Notes: generated from the letters alone by a model not told the origin. Positions 9,567 through 19,663 are shown, counted from the whole stretch's first letter. The stretch is 58,963 nt of DNA, filler included, from 7 parts of 7 records of this genome joined end to end with filler, not necessarily neighbours in it; one strand, 5' to 3'. Translations and numbers: made by a program.

Positions 9567-12014
9567 ATGTTATCCCCACATATAAAAAAGAGAGTCGATG
9601 AACTCTGGAACCGGTTTTGGGCGGCAGGACTGACCAATCCCCTGGTCGCTGTCGAACAGATTACCTACCTGCTGTTCCTGAAACGGCTTGAAGATATTGA
9701 TTTGAAACGCCGGGAACGTGGTTTGACATCCATCTACAAAGACCATGAAACCTGCAAGTGGAGCTACATACGTCAGGAGAAAACAAATCCGACGCATCTG
9801 ATTGATGTGGTCTTCCCCTGGTTACGTGATCTGGACAAGCACTTCCAGTCAGATGCTGAAGAAACCAGTGAGCTGGCAAGTCTTAACAATCGGATGGCCG
9901 ACGCCTACTTTCAACTCGACCCCAACAAAGGCAAGGTGTTATCGGACGCCATCGACGCCATTGATCAACTCTTTGCCCGCACAGGGGACAGCTCCGCTGC
10001 CCAGGATATCATGGGGGACACCTTTGAGTACCTTCTCAGCGAAGTGGCGACTGCCGGAAAGAACGGGCAATTCAGAACGCCCCGCCATCTGATCCGTTTT
10101 ATGGTGGAACTGCTTGATCCGGAACCGGGGCAACGCATCATTGATCCGGCTGCCGGTACCGGAGGGTTTCTCTTTAGCGCACAGCTATATCTGATGAGAA
10201 AATATTCCGCGCAGGACAACCTGGTGCTGGAATGGGACGGTACACCCTATAGAACTGATGGCGCAGCAGCCACTTCGGATCAATATACCGCCATTCACAC
10301 CGGCGCAAACTTTGTCGGTCTCGACAATGACCGCACCATGGCCCGTATTGGCTGGATGAATATGGTGCTGCACGATATGTCGGACCCCCACCTGATCCAG
10401 GGTGATTCTCTCAGCAAGCGGGACGGAAAACCGCAACTCGCACACTATCTGGAACCGGAAGCTTACGACTTTGTTCTGGCCAATCCGCCATTCACCGGTA
10501 CGGTGGATAGTAACGACCTTGAACCGGATGCGGTTTTGTTTCCACGGGTTGGCGGAAAAGGGAAAAAAAAGGACAATGCCATCACCAATAAAAGCGAGCT
10601 CCTCTTTCTTTGGCTGATGCTTGATTTGATTCAGGTGGGGGGACGTTGTGCGGTGATTATCCCCGAAGGCGTTTTATTCGGCAATACCGATGCCCATGTG
10701 CGTCTCCGACGGGAACTCCTCACCGAGCATGTGGTTGAAGGTGTCATTTCCCTGCCGGGTGGCGTGTTCCAACCCTATACCGGGGTGAAAACCTCCATTC
10801 TTGTTTTCCGCAAAGAAACACGGCGCGATGACAAACAAACCTTTACCGGAGGAACCGAGCCACGAACCGATCATGTCTGGTTTTATGAAGTCGAGGAAGA
10901 CGGTTATACCCGAGATGCAAAACGCAATCCCCGACCCGGACAGACCAATGACCTGTGGGATGCCATCGAAAAATTCAAAGCATGGTCAGCAAGTGGAAGA
11001 GACGCAGCAAAACAGAATCAAAAAACCTTGCTTCAACCCTGCTTTCATATTGAACGCTGGCGTCATGCCTTGCTGCGTGATACCGCCGATAAACTCACCC
11101 CTGCCGGTGAAGCATTCTCCGGTTTGGCGGATGCCAGCATGTGGGACGGTCAGGTTTGGGGTATCCATGAACTCTTTCCTGAACTTCCGGCCGACCCGCA
11201 AGAGGCGGAAACACAAATCCGTGAAGCCGTAAGAGAAGTTCTCCGCCGGCTGGCGGAACGATTCTTTACCCCAACCCTAAAACCGCTGTGTCAAAAATGG
11301 GCAAAAGCGAAAAAAGAAATAACACCGGATAAAGCCTTAAAAGAGTGGCAGAAAGCAACGCGCATCCCGCAACAGGATTTCAACCGCGCTGCCCGGGAAG
11401 CTCATAAATATTTTGAAGCCAGCGACAGCCCGTCTCTGCCCCTGTGGAAAGAACTCACAATAGAAACATTAAGCAACGCCCTGGTCTTTGATGAATCCGT
11501 CGACATCAAAACCATAGCCGAAATTCCCGATCAGGAACCGGTTGCTGATTTGACGGCTGAGATGGCAGCCATCGCCCGCGAAGCCGCCAAGCTCGACGGT
11601 TTTGACATCACCCTTCGAAGTCTGGAAATCAACCAATCCCTTGAGTTGAAAGAAACCAAGCACTGGGTCGTGCCGGTTCGAGACTGGCTAAAAAATGACG
11701 AATGGCAATCCGACGACGGTCAACTAAAAGGCTCCCACGATGCCGATGGCATGGTGCGTCCGGCCTATGTGGACGCCATGCTTACCGAAGGGCTCTACGA
11801 TGACAAAGGAAAGCTCAAGGACGACCTGCTTGATCCGGATTGCATCGAAGCCCGCGACTGGAATCTCTCTGCCGGACAATACAAGCCCTTTGATTTCACC
11901 CAGCTCAAAAGCGATAAAAGTGTTGCGGAGTTGATCGCTGAACTTAAAAAGACCGAGTTGGAAATTATTAGTGGCTTGGACACCCTATTGGCAATGGTGG
12001 AGGGGCGGGCGTGA
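9567..12014 (+). CDS. hsdM: Type I R-M N6-adenine methyltransferase subunit with a large internal insertion
   Basis: EQITYLLFLKRL N-terminus, GQFRTPRH, DPAAGTGGF (motif I), NPPF (motif IV); 815 aa. Confidence 0.95.
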   Translation: MLSPHIKKRVDELWNRFWAAGLTNPLVAVEQITYLLFLKRLEDIDLKRRERGLTSIYKDHETCKWSYIRQEKTNPTHLIDVVFPWLRDLDKHFQSDAEETSELASLNNRMADAYFQLDPNKGKVLSDAIDAIDQLFARTGDSSAAQDIMGDTFEYLLSEVATAGKNGQFRTPRHLIRFMVELLDPEPGQRIIDPAAGTGGFLFSAQLYLMRKYSAQDNLVLEWDGTPYRTDGAAATSDQYTAIHTGANFVGLDNDRTMARIGWMNMVLHDMSDPHLIQGDSLSKRDGKPQLAHYLEPEAYDFVLANPPFTGTVDSNDLEPDAVLFPRVGGKGKKKDNAITNKSELLFLWLMLDLIQVGGRCAVIIPEGVLFGNTDAHVRLRRELLTEHVVEGVISLPGGVFQPYTGVKTSILVFRKETRRDDKQTFTGGTEPRTDHVWFYEVEEDGYTRDAKRNPRPGQTNDLWDAIEKFKAWSASGRDAAKQNQKTLLQPCFHIERWRHALLRDTADKLTPAGEAFSGLADASMWDGQVWGIHELFPELPADPQEAETQIREAVREVLRRLAERFFTPTLKPLCQKWAKAKKEITPDKALKEWQKATRIPQQDFNRAAREAHKYFEASDSPSLPLWKELTIETLSNALVFDESVDIKTIAEIPDQEPVADLTAEMAAIAREAAKLDGFDITLRSLEINQSLELKETKHWVVPVRDWLKNDEWQSDDGQLKGSHDADGMVRPAYVDAMLTEGLYDDKGKLKDDLLDPDCIEARDWNLSAGQYKPFDFTQLKSDKSVAELIAELKKTELEIISGLDTLLAMVEGRA

Positions 12015-13942
12015 TGTTTCCTGAAAGTTGGAGAGAGACAACTGTTGAAAACGTTATTCTTGATCTTCAGCCAGGCTTTGCTCAGAAACCTGGCGAAGAA
12101 AATGACGGCACAACTCCACAAATTCGCACACACAACATCACGCCTGATGGCAAGATTTCTCTTGAAGGAATTAAACACATTTCAGCCAGTGACAAAGAGT
12201 CCCAGCGTTATGCCCTGATAAAGGGTGATGTTATATTTAACAATACCAATAGCGAAGAGTGGGTGGGTAAATCCGCTGTATTCGACCAAGAAGGCGAATA
12301 CGTTTTCTCAAACCATATGACTCGATTACGGGTAAATCCTGAATTAATAATGCCAGAATACTTGGCTACGTATTTACACCTATTGTGGTCAATGGGGTAT
12401 TCGAAAACACGAGCCAAGCGATGGGTTAGCCAGGCTGGGATAGATGGTAAGGCTTTGTCCTCATTTAAAATCCTACTCCCCGCACTGCCCGAGCAAAAAC
12501 GAATCGTTGGTGTATTGCAGCAGGCAGAAACGATTCTTCAAGCAAAACAATCCGTTAACGATCAAATAGACAGGCTTGTTCAAACTGCCTATTGGGATCA
12601 CTTCAACGATTTTTACGCAGCCGATGGTTTACGTGGTCCCGTTCGAATCTCTGATTATGTGGAAGACTCGCAGTATGGCGTGTCTGAAGCTATGGCTGAA
12701 ACAGGATCGCACATCGTATTGAGGATGAACAGTATCACCACAAGCGGTTGGCTGAATCTAACTGATTTCAAATACGCCGATTTATCCCCAAAGGATATTG
12801 CAGCAACAAAGCTGAAAAACGGCGACCTACTTTACAATCGAACCAATTCCAGAGAGCTTGTGGGAAAATGTGCATTATGGAGAGGTTCAAAAGGGTCTTT
12901 CAGCTTTGCTTCTTATCTTGTTCGTTTTCGGTTGAAAGACGGAATGCTCCCTGAATATCTGTGGGCAACGCTGAATAGCGCTTACGGTAAATATCGCTTG
13001 TTCAACGCGGCCAAACAGGCCGTAAGTATGGCCAATATCAGCCCGACGGATTTAGGACGTATTACAGTTCCCCTCCCTCCTGAAAATCTACAGAAAAAAT
13101 TTGCTGAATTAATCAAGGAAATCGAACAACTGCGTGAAAAGATACTCTCCAGGTTGGACTCATTTCATGAGTTACAAGCGTTGGTGACCCAAAACGCATT
13201 ATTAGGGGAGCTATCAGAAAACTGGCGTGAGGCCAACAAAGAAGAAATTGCAGCTGCCGCTGCTGTTCGGGATGCATTGTTACGTGAACGCGGTGTGAAA
13301 CTAAAGACAGCGACGCCGGAACCTTCAGTTCCAGAAACCAAAGCAATTGAATCACTGACTCCTGCCCGGCAGTGGGTTGTTGGAGAATTAAGCGGATTCC
13401 AGCGTCAGGTGCTGGAGGCTTTTCTCAGCTACCCGGATCAGCCGCTTATTGTCGAAGATGAGAATGCGTTTATCACGTTTTGTGACAGTGATGAGGTAAC
13501 TGAACGGCTGCAAGATTTCGGGGCTGCATTGAACAATCGAATTCGACGGACCTTGAGCCAATTGGCGGCATTGGGATTGATCGTCAAGGTGGCGCTACCG
13601 AAAGATAACGAGGAAACAGGAGAACGGGAATATTTGAAAGCCTTTAGACCGTTTCGCGAAACGGATTTTTCCAAGTTAAGCGACATCAAATCGATCAAAC
13701 GGGCACTAAACCCACAGTCGGAAGAGCAGTTCTATTTTTTGGTCCATTTGGATTACGAAGCGTCTGAAAGTGCCGGTGCAGGAGGGATGTTCCAGGTGAT
13801 CTCGATCAAAGATGATGATGAAAAGGAATTTACCCATTTAATCAATCAAGGTGTTCATTATTCGTCTCTGGATGAACTTAAGGAGGACATCGCTTCAGCT
13901 CTCAAGGTATCTTCCCATCAGATTGAACTGGAGGAAGAATAA
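12011..13942 (+). CDS. hsdS: Type I R-M specificity subunit with C-terminal extension
   Basis: Two TRDs (GDVIFNNTNS / GDLLYNRTNS) each followed by conserved helices (LPALPEQKRIV / VPLPPENLQKKF). GTGA overlap with hsdM. Confidence 0.92.
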   Translation: MMFPESWRETTVENVILDLQPGFAQKPGEENDGTTPQIRTHNITPDGKISLEGIKHISASDKESQRYALIKGDVIFNNTNSEEWVGKSAVFDQEGEYVFSNHMTRLRVNPELIMPEYLATYLHLLWSMGYSKTRAKRWVSQAGIDGKALSSFKILLPALPEQKRIVGVLQQAETILQAKQSVNDQIDRLVQTAYWDHFNDFYAADGLRGPVRISDYVEDSQYGVSEAMAETGSHIVLRMNSITTSGWLNLTDFKYADLSPKDIAATKLKNGDLLYNRTNSRELVGKCALWRGSKGSFSFASYLVRFRLKDGMLPEYLWATLNSAYGKYRLFNAAKQAVSMANISPTDLGRITVPLPPENLQKKFAELIKEIEQLREKILSRLDSFHELQALVTQNALLGELSENWREANKEEIAAAAAVRDALLRERGVKLKTATPEPSVPETKAIESLTPARQWVVGELSGFQRQVLEAFLSYPDQPLIVEDENAFITFCDSDEVTERLQDFGAALNNRIRRTLSQLAALGLIVKVALPKDNEETGEREYLKAFRPFRETDFSKLSDIKSIKRALNPQSEEQFYFLVHLDYEASESAGAGGMFQVISIKDDDEKEFTHLINQGVHYSSLDELKEDIASALKVSSHQIELEEE

Positions 13943-15663
13943 TGCGCCTGCGCTACCTGCATCTACAGAACTACCCACCGATTTCGGACATTAAAGTCCG
14001 CTTTGCAAGCGGCTCCCCTCTGGGCCGTGAGTGCGCCATCCGTTTTGTGGTGGGGCTTAATGGAAGCGGGAAGTCCAATCTTTTGCGTGCCGTGGCGGAG
14101 CTGTTTCTGGCGCTGTCCGATGAACGGATTCCACCCTTTCCCATAACGCTGATCTATGAGTTGGGAATACGCGGCAGGTCCCGCCATTTTACCTTTGTCG
14201 TGGACTGCCCCGGCACAAAAGCCGAAGCCGCTGTCTGGGTGGCCGAAGGCTGGCATTGGCCGGACTCGGAAAATATTGAAACCTTTGAGTCGGCTGTGGA
14301 ACAGCTTCGTGAGACGGGTCAATATAATCATTTTCGCTACCACATCACCCGCGGAACCTGGCCGCAGCAACCGGGCATTGCCATGCCTGCTGCTATATTG
14401 GCCTACACCACAGGTGACCTGCGTCCATGGCAATCTGTCTGGGACCGGAATCAGGACGCTCAGGGTATCGTCACAGACTCAAGTGGGGAGACCGATCTGA
14501 ATGATGAACGACCGGCAGGGTGGAGTATCGACAAGGAACGGGCATTCCAGATATTGAGGGATGAACAAGACCTTGAAACCGATGGCCTTTCACTGCAAAA
14601 GAAGGCGAAATCACCGCTCTATCGTCGCCCGTTTTTACTGGATGCAACATTGCTCAAATGCGCTTTGTTGGCTTTGGCGTTACCACAGGCCGTCAATGGA
14701 GAGGAAAGCCAGAACAGTGAACTCCAGGAAATGCTAAAACGCGGGAACTGGCATCACCTCGTTTCAGTGGTTTTCCATTGCCATTTGCAAACCGGAAAAT
14801 GGAGTCCTCAATTATGCGAGACCGCTCATGATTTGTGGCATTGCGCCGGAGAGGTGGTTGCTGAACCGCATCCGGTTGAGCCCCGGCGTGCCGTATTATT
14901 TGACATAAAAGGTCATTTGGAACCACATGACCTGAAAACATACAATGATGATCTTGCATCATGCGCAACCCAAGGCGAAGCTTTATGGAATTTACTGGGA
15001 GGGGCCGGCGCCACCCCATTTGAGATGTTCACCCGTTTGCTGGAACTGAATCAATCCGGATTGTTCGATGAAGTCTTATTGCGTTTGCGCAGCCAACCCG
15101 CTCCGGAAGCAGATGTTGAAAATGAAGGTATCGATATCGGCGTGTTGCGCTATGAAGAACTTTCGGACGGAGAACAGATGGTATTGGGACGCATGGCGCT
15201 TTTCCATCTGTTGCAGAACCAACACGATGCGTTGTTGTTGCTTGACGAGCCTGAAACCCACTTTAATGATAAATGGAAACGTGAGATTGTCGACATCATT
15301 GGCGATGCCATCGGTAACACCGCAAATGACGTGCTGATTTCAACTCATTCCGCCATTGTCTTGTCTGACGTGTTTAACGATGAAATCGTGATGGTTGAAA
15401 AAACAGCCGAAGGTACCGGGGTGCGTTCTGTCGGAGAACTGACGTTTGCCACTGACCCGAGCGCCTTAATGATGACCATATTTGAGGCAGATGACAGTAT
15501 CGGAAAAAGGGCTCAGGAATATATTGAAAGAAAGCTTAAACAAAAGACAGGCACAGCAGAAGATATTGCCGATTTGGAACAATTGATTTCCCGAATGGGT
15601 ACAGGGTTTTATAGAAGTGAGCTGCGGACCTTAATAAACACATGGAAGGGGCAAAATGCTTAA
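13942..15663 (+). CDS. ABC-type/AAA ATPase associated with the restriction system
   Basis: Walker A GLNGSGKS, signature LSDGEQ, Walker B LLLLDEPETH, H-loop STHS, no transmembrane segments. TAATG overlap with hsdS. Confidence 0.9.
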   Translation: MRLRYLHLQNYPPISDIKVRFASGSPLGRECAIRFVVGLNGSGKSNLLRAVAELFLALSDERIPPFPITLIYELGIRGRSRHFTFVVDCPGTKAEAAVWVAEGWHWPDSENIETFESAVEQLRETGQYNHFRYHITRGTWPQQPGIAMPAAILAYTTGDLRPWQSVWDRNQDAQGIVTDSSGETDLNDERPAGWSIDKERAFQILRDEQDLETDGLSLQKKAKSPLYRRPFLLDATLLKCALLALALPQAVNGEESQNSELQEMLKRGNWHHLVSVVFHCHLQTGKWSPQLCETAHDLWHCAGEVVAEPHPVEPRRAVLFDIKGHLEPHDLKTYNDDLASCATQGEALWNLLGGAGATPFEMFTRLLELNQSGLFDEVLLRLRSQPAPEADVENEGIDIGVLRYEELSDGEQMVLGRMALFHLLQNQHDALLLLDEPETHFNDKWKREIVDIIGDAIGNTANDVLISTHSAIVLSDVFNDEIVMVEKTAEGTGVRSVGELTFATDPSALMMTIFEADDSIGKRAQEYIERKLKQKTGTAEDIADLEQLISRMGTGFYRSELRTLINTWKGQNA

Positions 15664-16759
15664 GCCCATCCATCGTGTCTGCGGCCGTGCTTTAGCAGCC
15701 TGTCAGCAATTGATGACAAATCTGGCTCTTTGGCTGACCGATTCGGGGGATTCGGGGGAAACATCGGCCGGTATTACGCGACAAAATATGCACGCCCCCC
15801 GATTCCCCACTGCCATTGAAGCGGACTGGCTTTGGAATTTTTTACAGAAAGTAGAGGATAAGAAACCACTTCTCGATCGAGCTAACATGATCGCAGATCT
15901 ATCAGTTGATGGGAAAAATGCCCTAAAGGATTGGATAGAAAACGTATCTCAATTAGCACTACAGTTTCGACCATCACCACCTATAGCTTGGCCAGTTACA
16001 CGTCCGAACTTAGATTCCACAGTATGGACAGCTTTCAAAATTTTAATGGAATCGTTTTATAAAAAGGGACTTCGCAGCGGTTTGCCCTATCTCGCAGATG
16101 GAACACCGGTCGCTTCTGGTGGGGTTAATTACAAAGTGTTTGTAGAAACGTTTCGGAATATGCATCGTTCAAATGCCAACCCAAACGCCCGGGAGGTGTG
16201 CGTATTGTGCGGCGGCCCTTTGGAACAACCTGAAGTCGATCACTGGATTGCAAAGAATGCTTTTCCATTACTCAGCGTCTGTGCTGACAACCTCCTTCCC
16301 ATTTGCGGCAAATGTAACTCAAAATCCAACAAGGGCGAAAAACCAGTGCACAGCAATGGCTGTTTTGATGACTGGTTTCATCCCTATCACAGACATGCCA
16401 ACGGCAGATTGTGTTTGGATTATGTTTTGCAAGCTATGAAAGTGGAATGCAACGCAAAACAACCGATTGATCAACCAAAGGTAATCAATCTCGATGGTCT
16501 ACTCAACTTATCAAGTCGCTGGACACGTGAATTCAAGGCAGAGTATGCCAAACATCAAAATATTCTTCGCCGGAGAGAACAAAACCGCATCGACAGTGAA
16601 AAGAATAGACATTCTCAAGCTGATATCCAAAATTACGTACAAGGCTGGAAAGATGATCTGCTCCCGAGTGAACCCCATTATGAAGTGCATTTGCTTCTTT
16701 CCGATGCCCTTTTGGAACCAAACTGCCTTGCAGCATGGACAACCGAATTGAATTTTTAA
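15656..16759 (+). CDS. HNH endonuclease (zinc-binding)
   Basis: CVLC...EVDHWIAK...NLLPICGKCN motif; 8-nt overlap with the ATPase stop. Confidence 0.85.
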   Translation: MLKPIHRVCGRALAACQQLMTNLALWLTDSGDSGETSAGITRQNMHAPRFPTAIEADWLWNFLQKVEDKKPLLDRANMIADLSVDGKNALKDWIENVSQLALQFRPSPPIAWPVTRPNLDSTVWTAFKILMESFYKKGLRSGLPYLADGTPVASGGVNYKVFVETFRNMHRSNANPNAREVCVLCGGPLEQPEVDHWIAKNAFPLLSVCADNLLPICGKCNSKSNKGEKPVHSNGCFDDWFHPYHRHANGRLCLDYVLQAMKVECNAKQPIDQPKVINLDGLLNLSSRWTREFKAEYAKHQNILRRREQNRIDSEKNRHSQADIQNYVQGWKDDLLPSEPHYEVHLLLSDALLEPNCLAAWTTELNF

Positions 16760-16824
16760 TAGAAATGGGCCTAGGGTCGGACCAAGCTAACATGTTGCAA
16801 TGATAGTAAATAGCGTGAAAATAT

Positions 16825-16924
16825 NNNNNNNNNNNNNNNNNNNNNNNNNNNNNNNNNNNNNNNNNNNNTTAATTAATTAANNNNNNNNNNNNNNNNNNNN
16901 NNNNNNNNNNNNNNNNNNNNNNNN
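16825..16924. other. Artificial contig linker
   Basis: N-run with TTAATTAATTAA. Confidence 0.99.
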
Positions 16925-17337
16925 TAACTGCTGAAGAGTTTGAAGAGATGAAAAAGCATACCATCTATGGAAGAGATGCATTAATTACAGCTGAAAACGA
17001 ACTTAAATCAAATTCATTCCTGCATTATGCCAAAGAGATTGCATATACTCATCATGAGAAGTGGGATGGTTCCGGTTACCCTAGAGGTCTGGTAGGAGAG
17101 GAAATTCCTATTTGTGGTCGTCTGATGGCTCTTGCTGACGTTTATGATGCTCTTATTAATAAAAGAGTCTATAAACCCTCTTTTACGCACGAAGATGCTA
17201 AAAAGATAATCCTTGACGGGAAGGGGAAACACTTTGATCCTGATTTAATTCAAGCATTTATTGAATTAGAAGATAAATTCAAAGAGATCGCTGATAAATA
17301 TAGAGATAATTCACAGGATGCTAAAATTGAAAACTAA
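16925..17337 (+). CDS. HD-GYP phosphodiesterase domain protein, 5'-truncated
   Basis: HHEKWDGSGYP and ADVYDAL motifs; frame is open to the contig edge. Confidence 0.92.
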
Positions 17338-17340
17338 ATT

Positions 17341-17386
17341 AAAATAAAAAAATAGAGTCTCGATTGAGATTCTATTTTTTTATTTT
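17341..17386. terminator. Bidirectional intrinsic terminator between the HD-GYP gene and truB
   Basis: AAAATAAAAAAATAGAGTCTC-GATT-GAGATTCTATTTTTTTATTTT hairpin between convergent genes. Confidence 0.75.
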
Positions 17387-18244
17387 AAAATATTTATACG
17401 GCTTAAGTGATTCTCTATTTGAAAGAGCTAAACCAAAAAACTCATTATCAAGATAAAGTCTGTACTTCCCATCTTTGATACCGAATACTTTAATTGTATT
17501 TCCATTTATAAGTAGTTTTTTCTGTTTTTCATCTTCTATTTTTATTTCCGGATAAGTAAAAGTTTCCTCTACCGATTTAATAAACTCGGTATTGTTATCT
17601 TCCATCATATTTTCTATTTCATCAAGTGTAAAAGAATTATTAATATTATAATTCCCAACTTCAGTTCTTTGCAAGTTAGTCATTGTTGCAAAAGTTCCTA
17701 ATTCTTCCCCTATGTCAAATATAAGAGATCTGATATAAGTCCCCTTTGAAACTTTACACTCCAAAACAGCTTTTTTTCCGTCAAATTCCAAAATATTTAT
17801 ATAATCAATTTCAACGTCTCTTGATTTTCTTTCTATTGTTTTACCTTCTCTTGCTAACTCGTAGAGTTTTTTTCCATCAACTTTTATGGCTGAATACATT
17901 GGAGGAACTTGTTTAATTTTTCCAATAAATTTTTTACTAACTTCCTCAAGCTGATCTCTAGAAACTGAAAACTCCTCTACTTTATCTATAACAGTTCCTT
18001 CTGTATCATAAGTATCTGTCTTATATCCTAAATCTAACTCCGCTATATATACTTTACTTGCTGCCTCTATCTCTGATGCTAATTTTGTTGCCCTTCCGGC
18101 ACAAATTACAAGTACTCCTGTAGCTAAAGGGTCAAGGGTTCCTGTATGACCTAGTCTTCTCTCTTTTAAGCTTCTTCTTAAATTTCTAATTACATCAAAA
18201 GAACTTATTCCTTTTGGTTTATTTATGTTTATAATACCTTCCAT
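17372..18244 (-). CDS. truB: tRNA pseudouridine(55) synthase
   Basis: GHTGTLDPLATG, QVPPMYSAIK and SKGTYIRSL motifs. Confidence 0.97.
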   Translation of the reverse strand: MEGIININKPKGISSFDVIRNLRRSLKERRLGHTGTLDPLATGVLVICAGRATKLASEIEAASKVYIAELDLGYKTDTYDTEGTVIDKVEEFSVSRDQLEEVSKKFIGKIKQVPPMYSAIKVDGKKLYELAREGKTIERKSRDVEIDYINILEFDGKKAVLECKVSKGTYIRSLIFDIGEELGTFATMTNLQRTEVGNYNINNSFTLDEIENMMEDNNTEFIKSVEETFTYPEIKIEDEKQKKLLINGNTIKVFGIKDGKYRLYLDNEFFGLALSNRESLKPYKYFKIKK

Positions 18245-18291
18245 TTTTTACCTCTCAATATTTAATTTAAATGCAACACTTATATAATAAC

Positions 18292-18337
18292 AAAAAAATA
18301 AAAAAACCTCAATATTAATAAATTAATACTGAGGTTT
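18292..18337 (-). terminator. Intrinsic terminator after the NCS2 permease
   Basis: AAACCTCA..TGAGGTTT stem followed by a U-tract on the minus strand. Confidence 0.7.
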
Positions 18338-18349
18338 AATAATCTATTT

Positions 18350-19663
18350 TTAGTGTGCTAATATACTAAATAATGATAAAGCTGCTATAACCCACATTGC
18401 AGGTTTGATTTTATGTGCATCTCCTGCAGCAGCTGTAACTAATACATATGAAAGGAATCCAAAGCTAAGTCCTGTACTGATGCTATAAGTTAAAGGCATT
18501 AAAACAATTGTGATAAATGAAGGAATAGCTACTTCAAAATCTTTCAAATCAATATCTTTAACATTTTTAAACATATAAACTCCAACGATTATTAAAGCCG
18601 GTGCTGTAGCGAACGCAGGCACAATTCCAATAATTGGAGTAAATAAAAGTGCTAATAGGAAAAATACAGCTGTTACAACTGACGCTAATCCTGTTCTAGC
18701 TCCTGCTGCAATTCCTGAAGCAGCTTCAATATAACAAGTAGTTGTACTTGTACCAAGTACTGATCCTGCAACTGTTGCAATTGCATCAGCTTCTAGAATT
18801 TTTCCTACTTTTTCAATTCTTCCATCTTCTTTAACCATTCCAGCTTCATACGAACAAGCCATGATTGTTCCAACAGAATCAAATAAATCAACAAACATAA
18901 ATGAGAAAATTGCACCCATCATGCTGAATTTTATAGCTCCCATAATATCTAATTTAAAAGCAATCGGCATAATTGAAGGTGGAGTTGATATAACTGCTCC
19001 CGGAAGTTGTACTTGTCCAGTAACTAATCCTAAAATTGTAATAACAACGATCCCTATCAATAAAGAACCTTTTACTTGTTTAATCTCTAAAATCGTAATT
19101 AATATTAATCCAATTAATCCTAAAACTAGTGGTGTAGTAAATGCTCCTAACCCAACTAAAGTTGCCGGATTATCAACTACTAAACCTAAATTTTGTAGTC
19201 CGATAAATGTTATGAAAAGTCCAATTCCTGCAGATACAGCAAGTCTTAATGATACCGGAATAGCGTCTACTATTTTTTCTCTAACACCAATTAGTGTTAA
19301 TATTAAAAACATGATTCCTGATAGAAATACTACTCCAAGCGCTTGCTCCCAAGATGCTCCTTTTCCCATAACTAATGTATATGTAAAAAACGCATTAAGT
19401 CCCATACCCGGTGCCATTGCAAATGGTACATTACACCATAAACCTGTAATCATCGTACCAATAAAAGAAGCTAAACATGTAACTGTTATTAATGCTCCCT
19501 TATCCATTCCTGTTGCTCCTAAAATATTAGGGTTAACAAAAATGATGTACGCCATAGTGATAAAAGTTGTAAGTCCACCGATCACTTCAGTTTTAACATT
19601 TGTGTTGTGCTCAGTTAACTTAAAAAAGTTGTCCAAAAAACCTCTCTTCATTGTTTTTTCCAT
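18350..19663 (-). CDS. NCS2/AzgA-family guanine/hypoxanthine permease (PbuG-like)
   Basis: TTFITMAYIIFVNP, APGMGLNAFF and GARTGLAS motifs; preceded by a purine riboswitch. Confidence 0.95.
   Translation of the reverse strand: MEKTMKRGFLDNFFKLTEHNTNVKTEVIGGLTTFITMAYIIFVNPNILGATGMDKGALITVTCLASFIGTMITGLWCNVPFAMAPGMGLNAFFTYTLVMGKGASWEQALGVVFLSGIMFLILTLIGVREKIVDAIPVSLRLAVSAGIGLFITFIGLQNLGLVVDNPATLVGLGAFTTPLVLGLIGLILITILEIKQVKGSLLIGIVVITILGLVTGQVQLPGAVISTPPSIMPIAFKLDIMGAIKFSMMGAIFSFMFVDLFDSVGTIMACSYEAGMVKEDGRIEKVGKILEADAIATVAGSVLGTSTTTCYIEAASGIAAGARTGLASVVTAVFFLLALLFTPIIGIVPAFATAPALIIVGVYMFKNVKDIDLKDFEVAIPSFITIVLMPLTYSISTGLSFGFLSYVLVTAAAGDAHKIKPAMWVIAALSLFSILAH

Noticed and set aside
13942-16759. 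Retron-associated PtuAB call for the ATPase + HNH pair
   Set aside because: No reverse transcriptase or msr-msd-like structure on this contig, although the contig ends 65 nt after the HNH gene.
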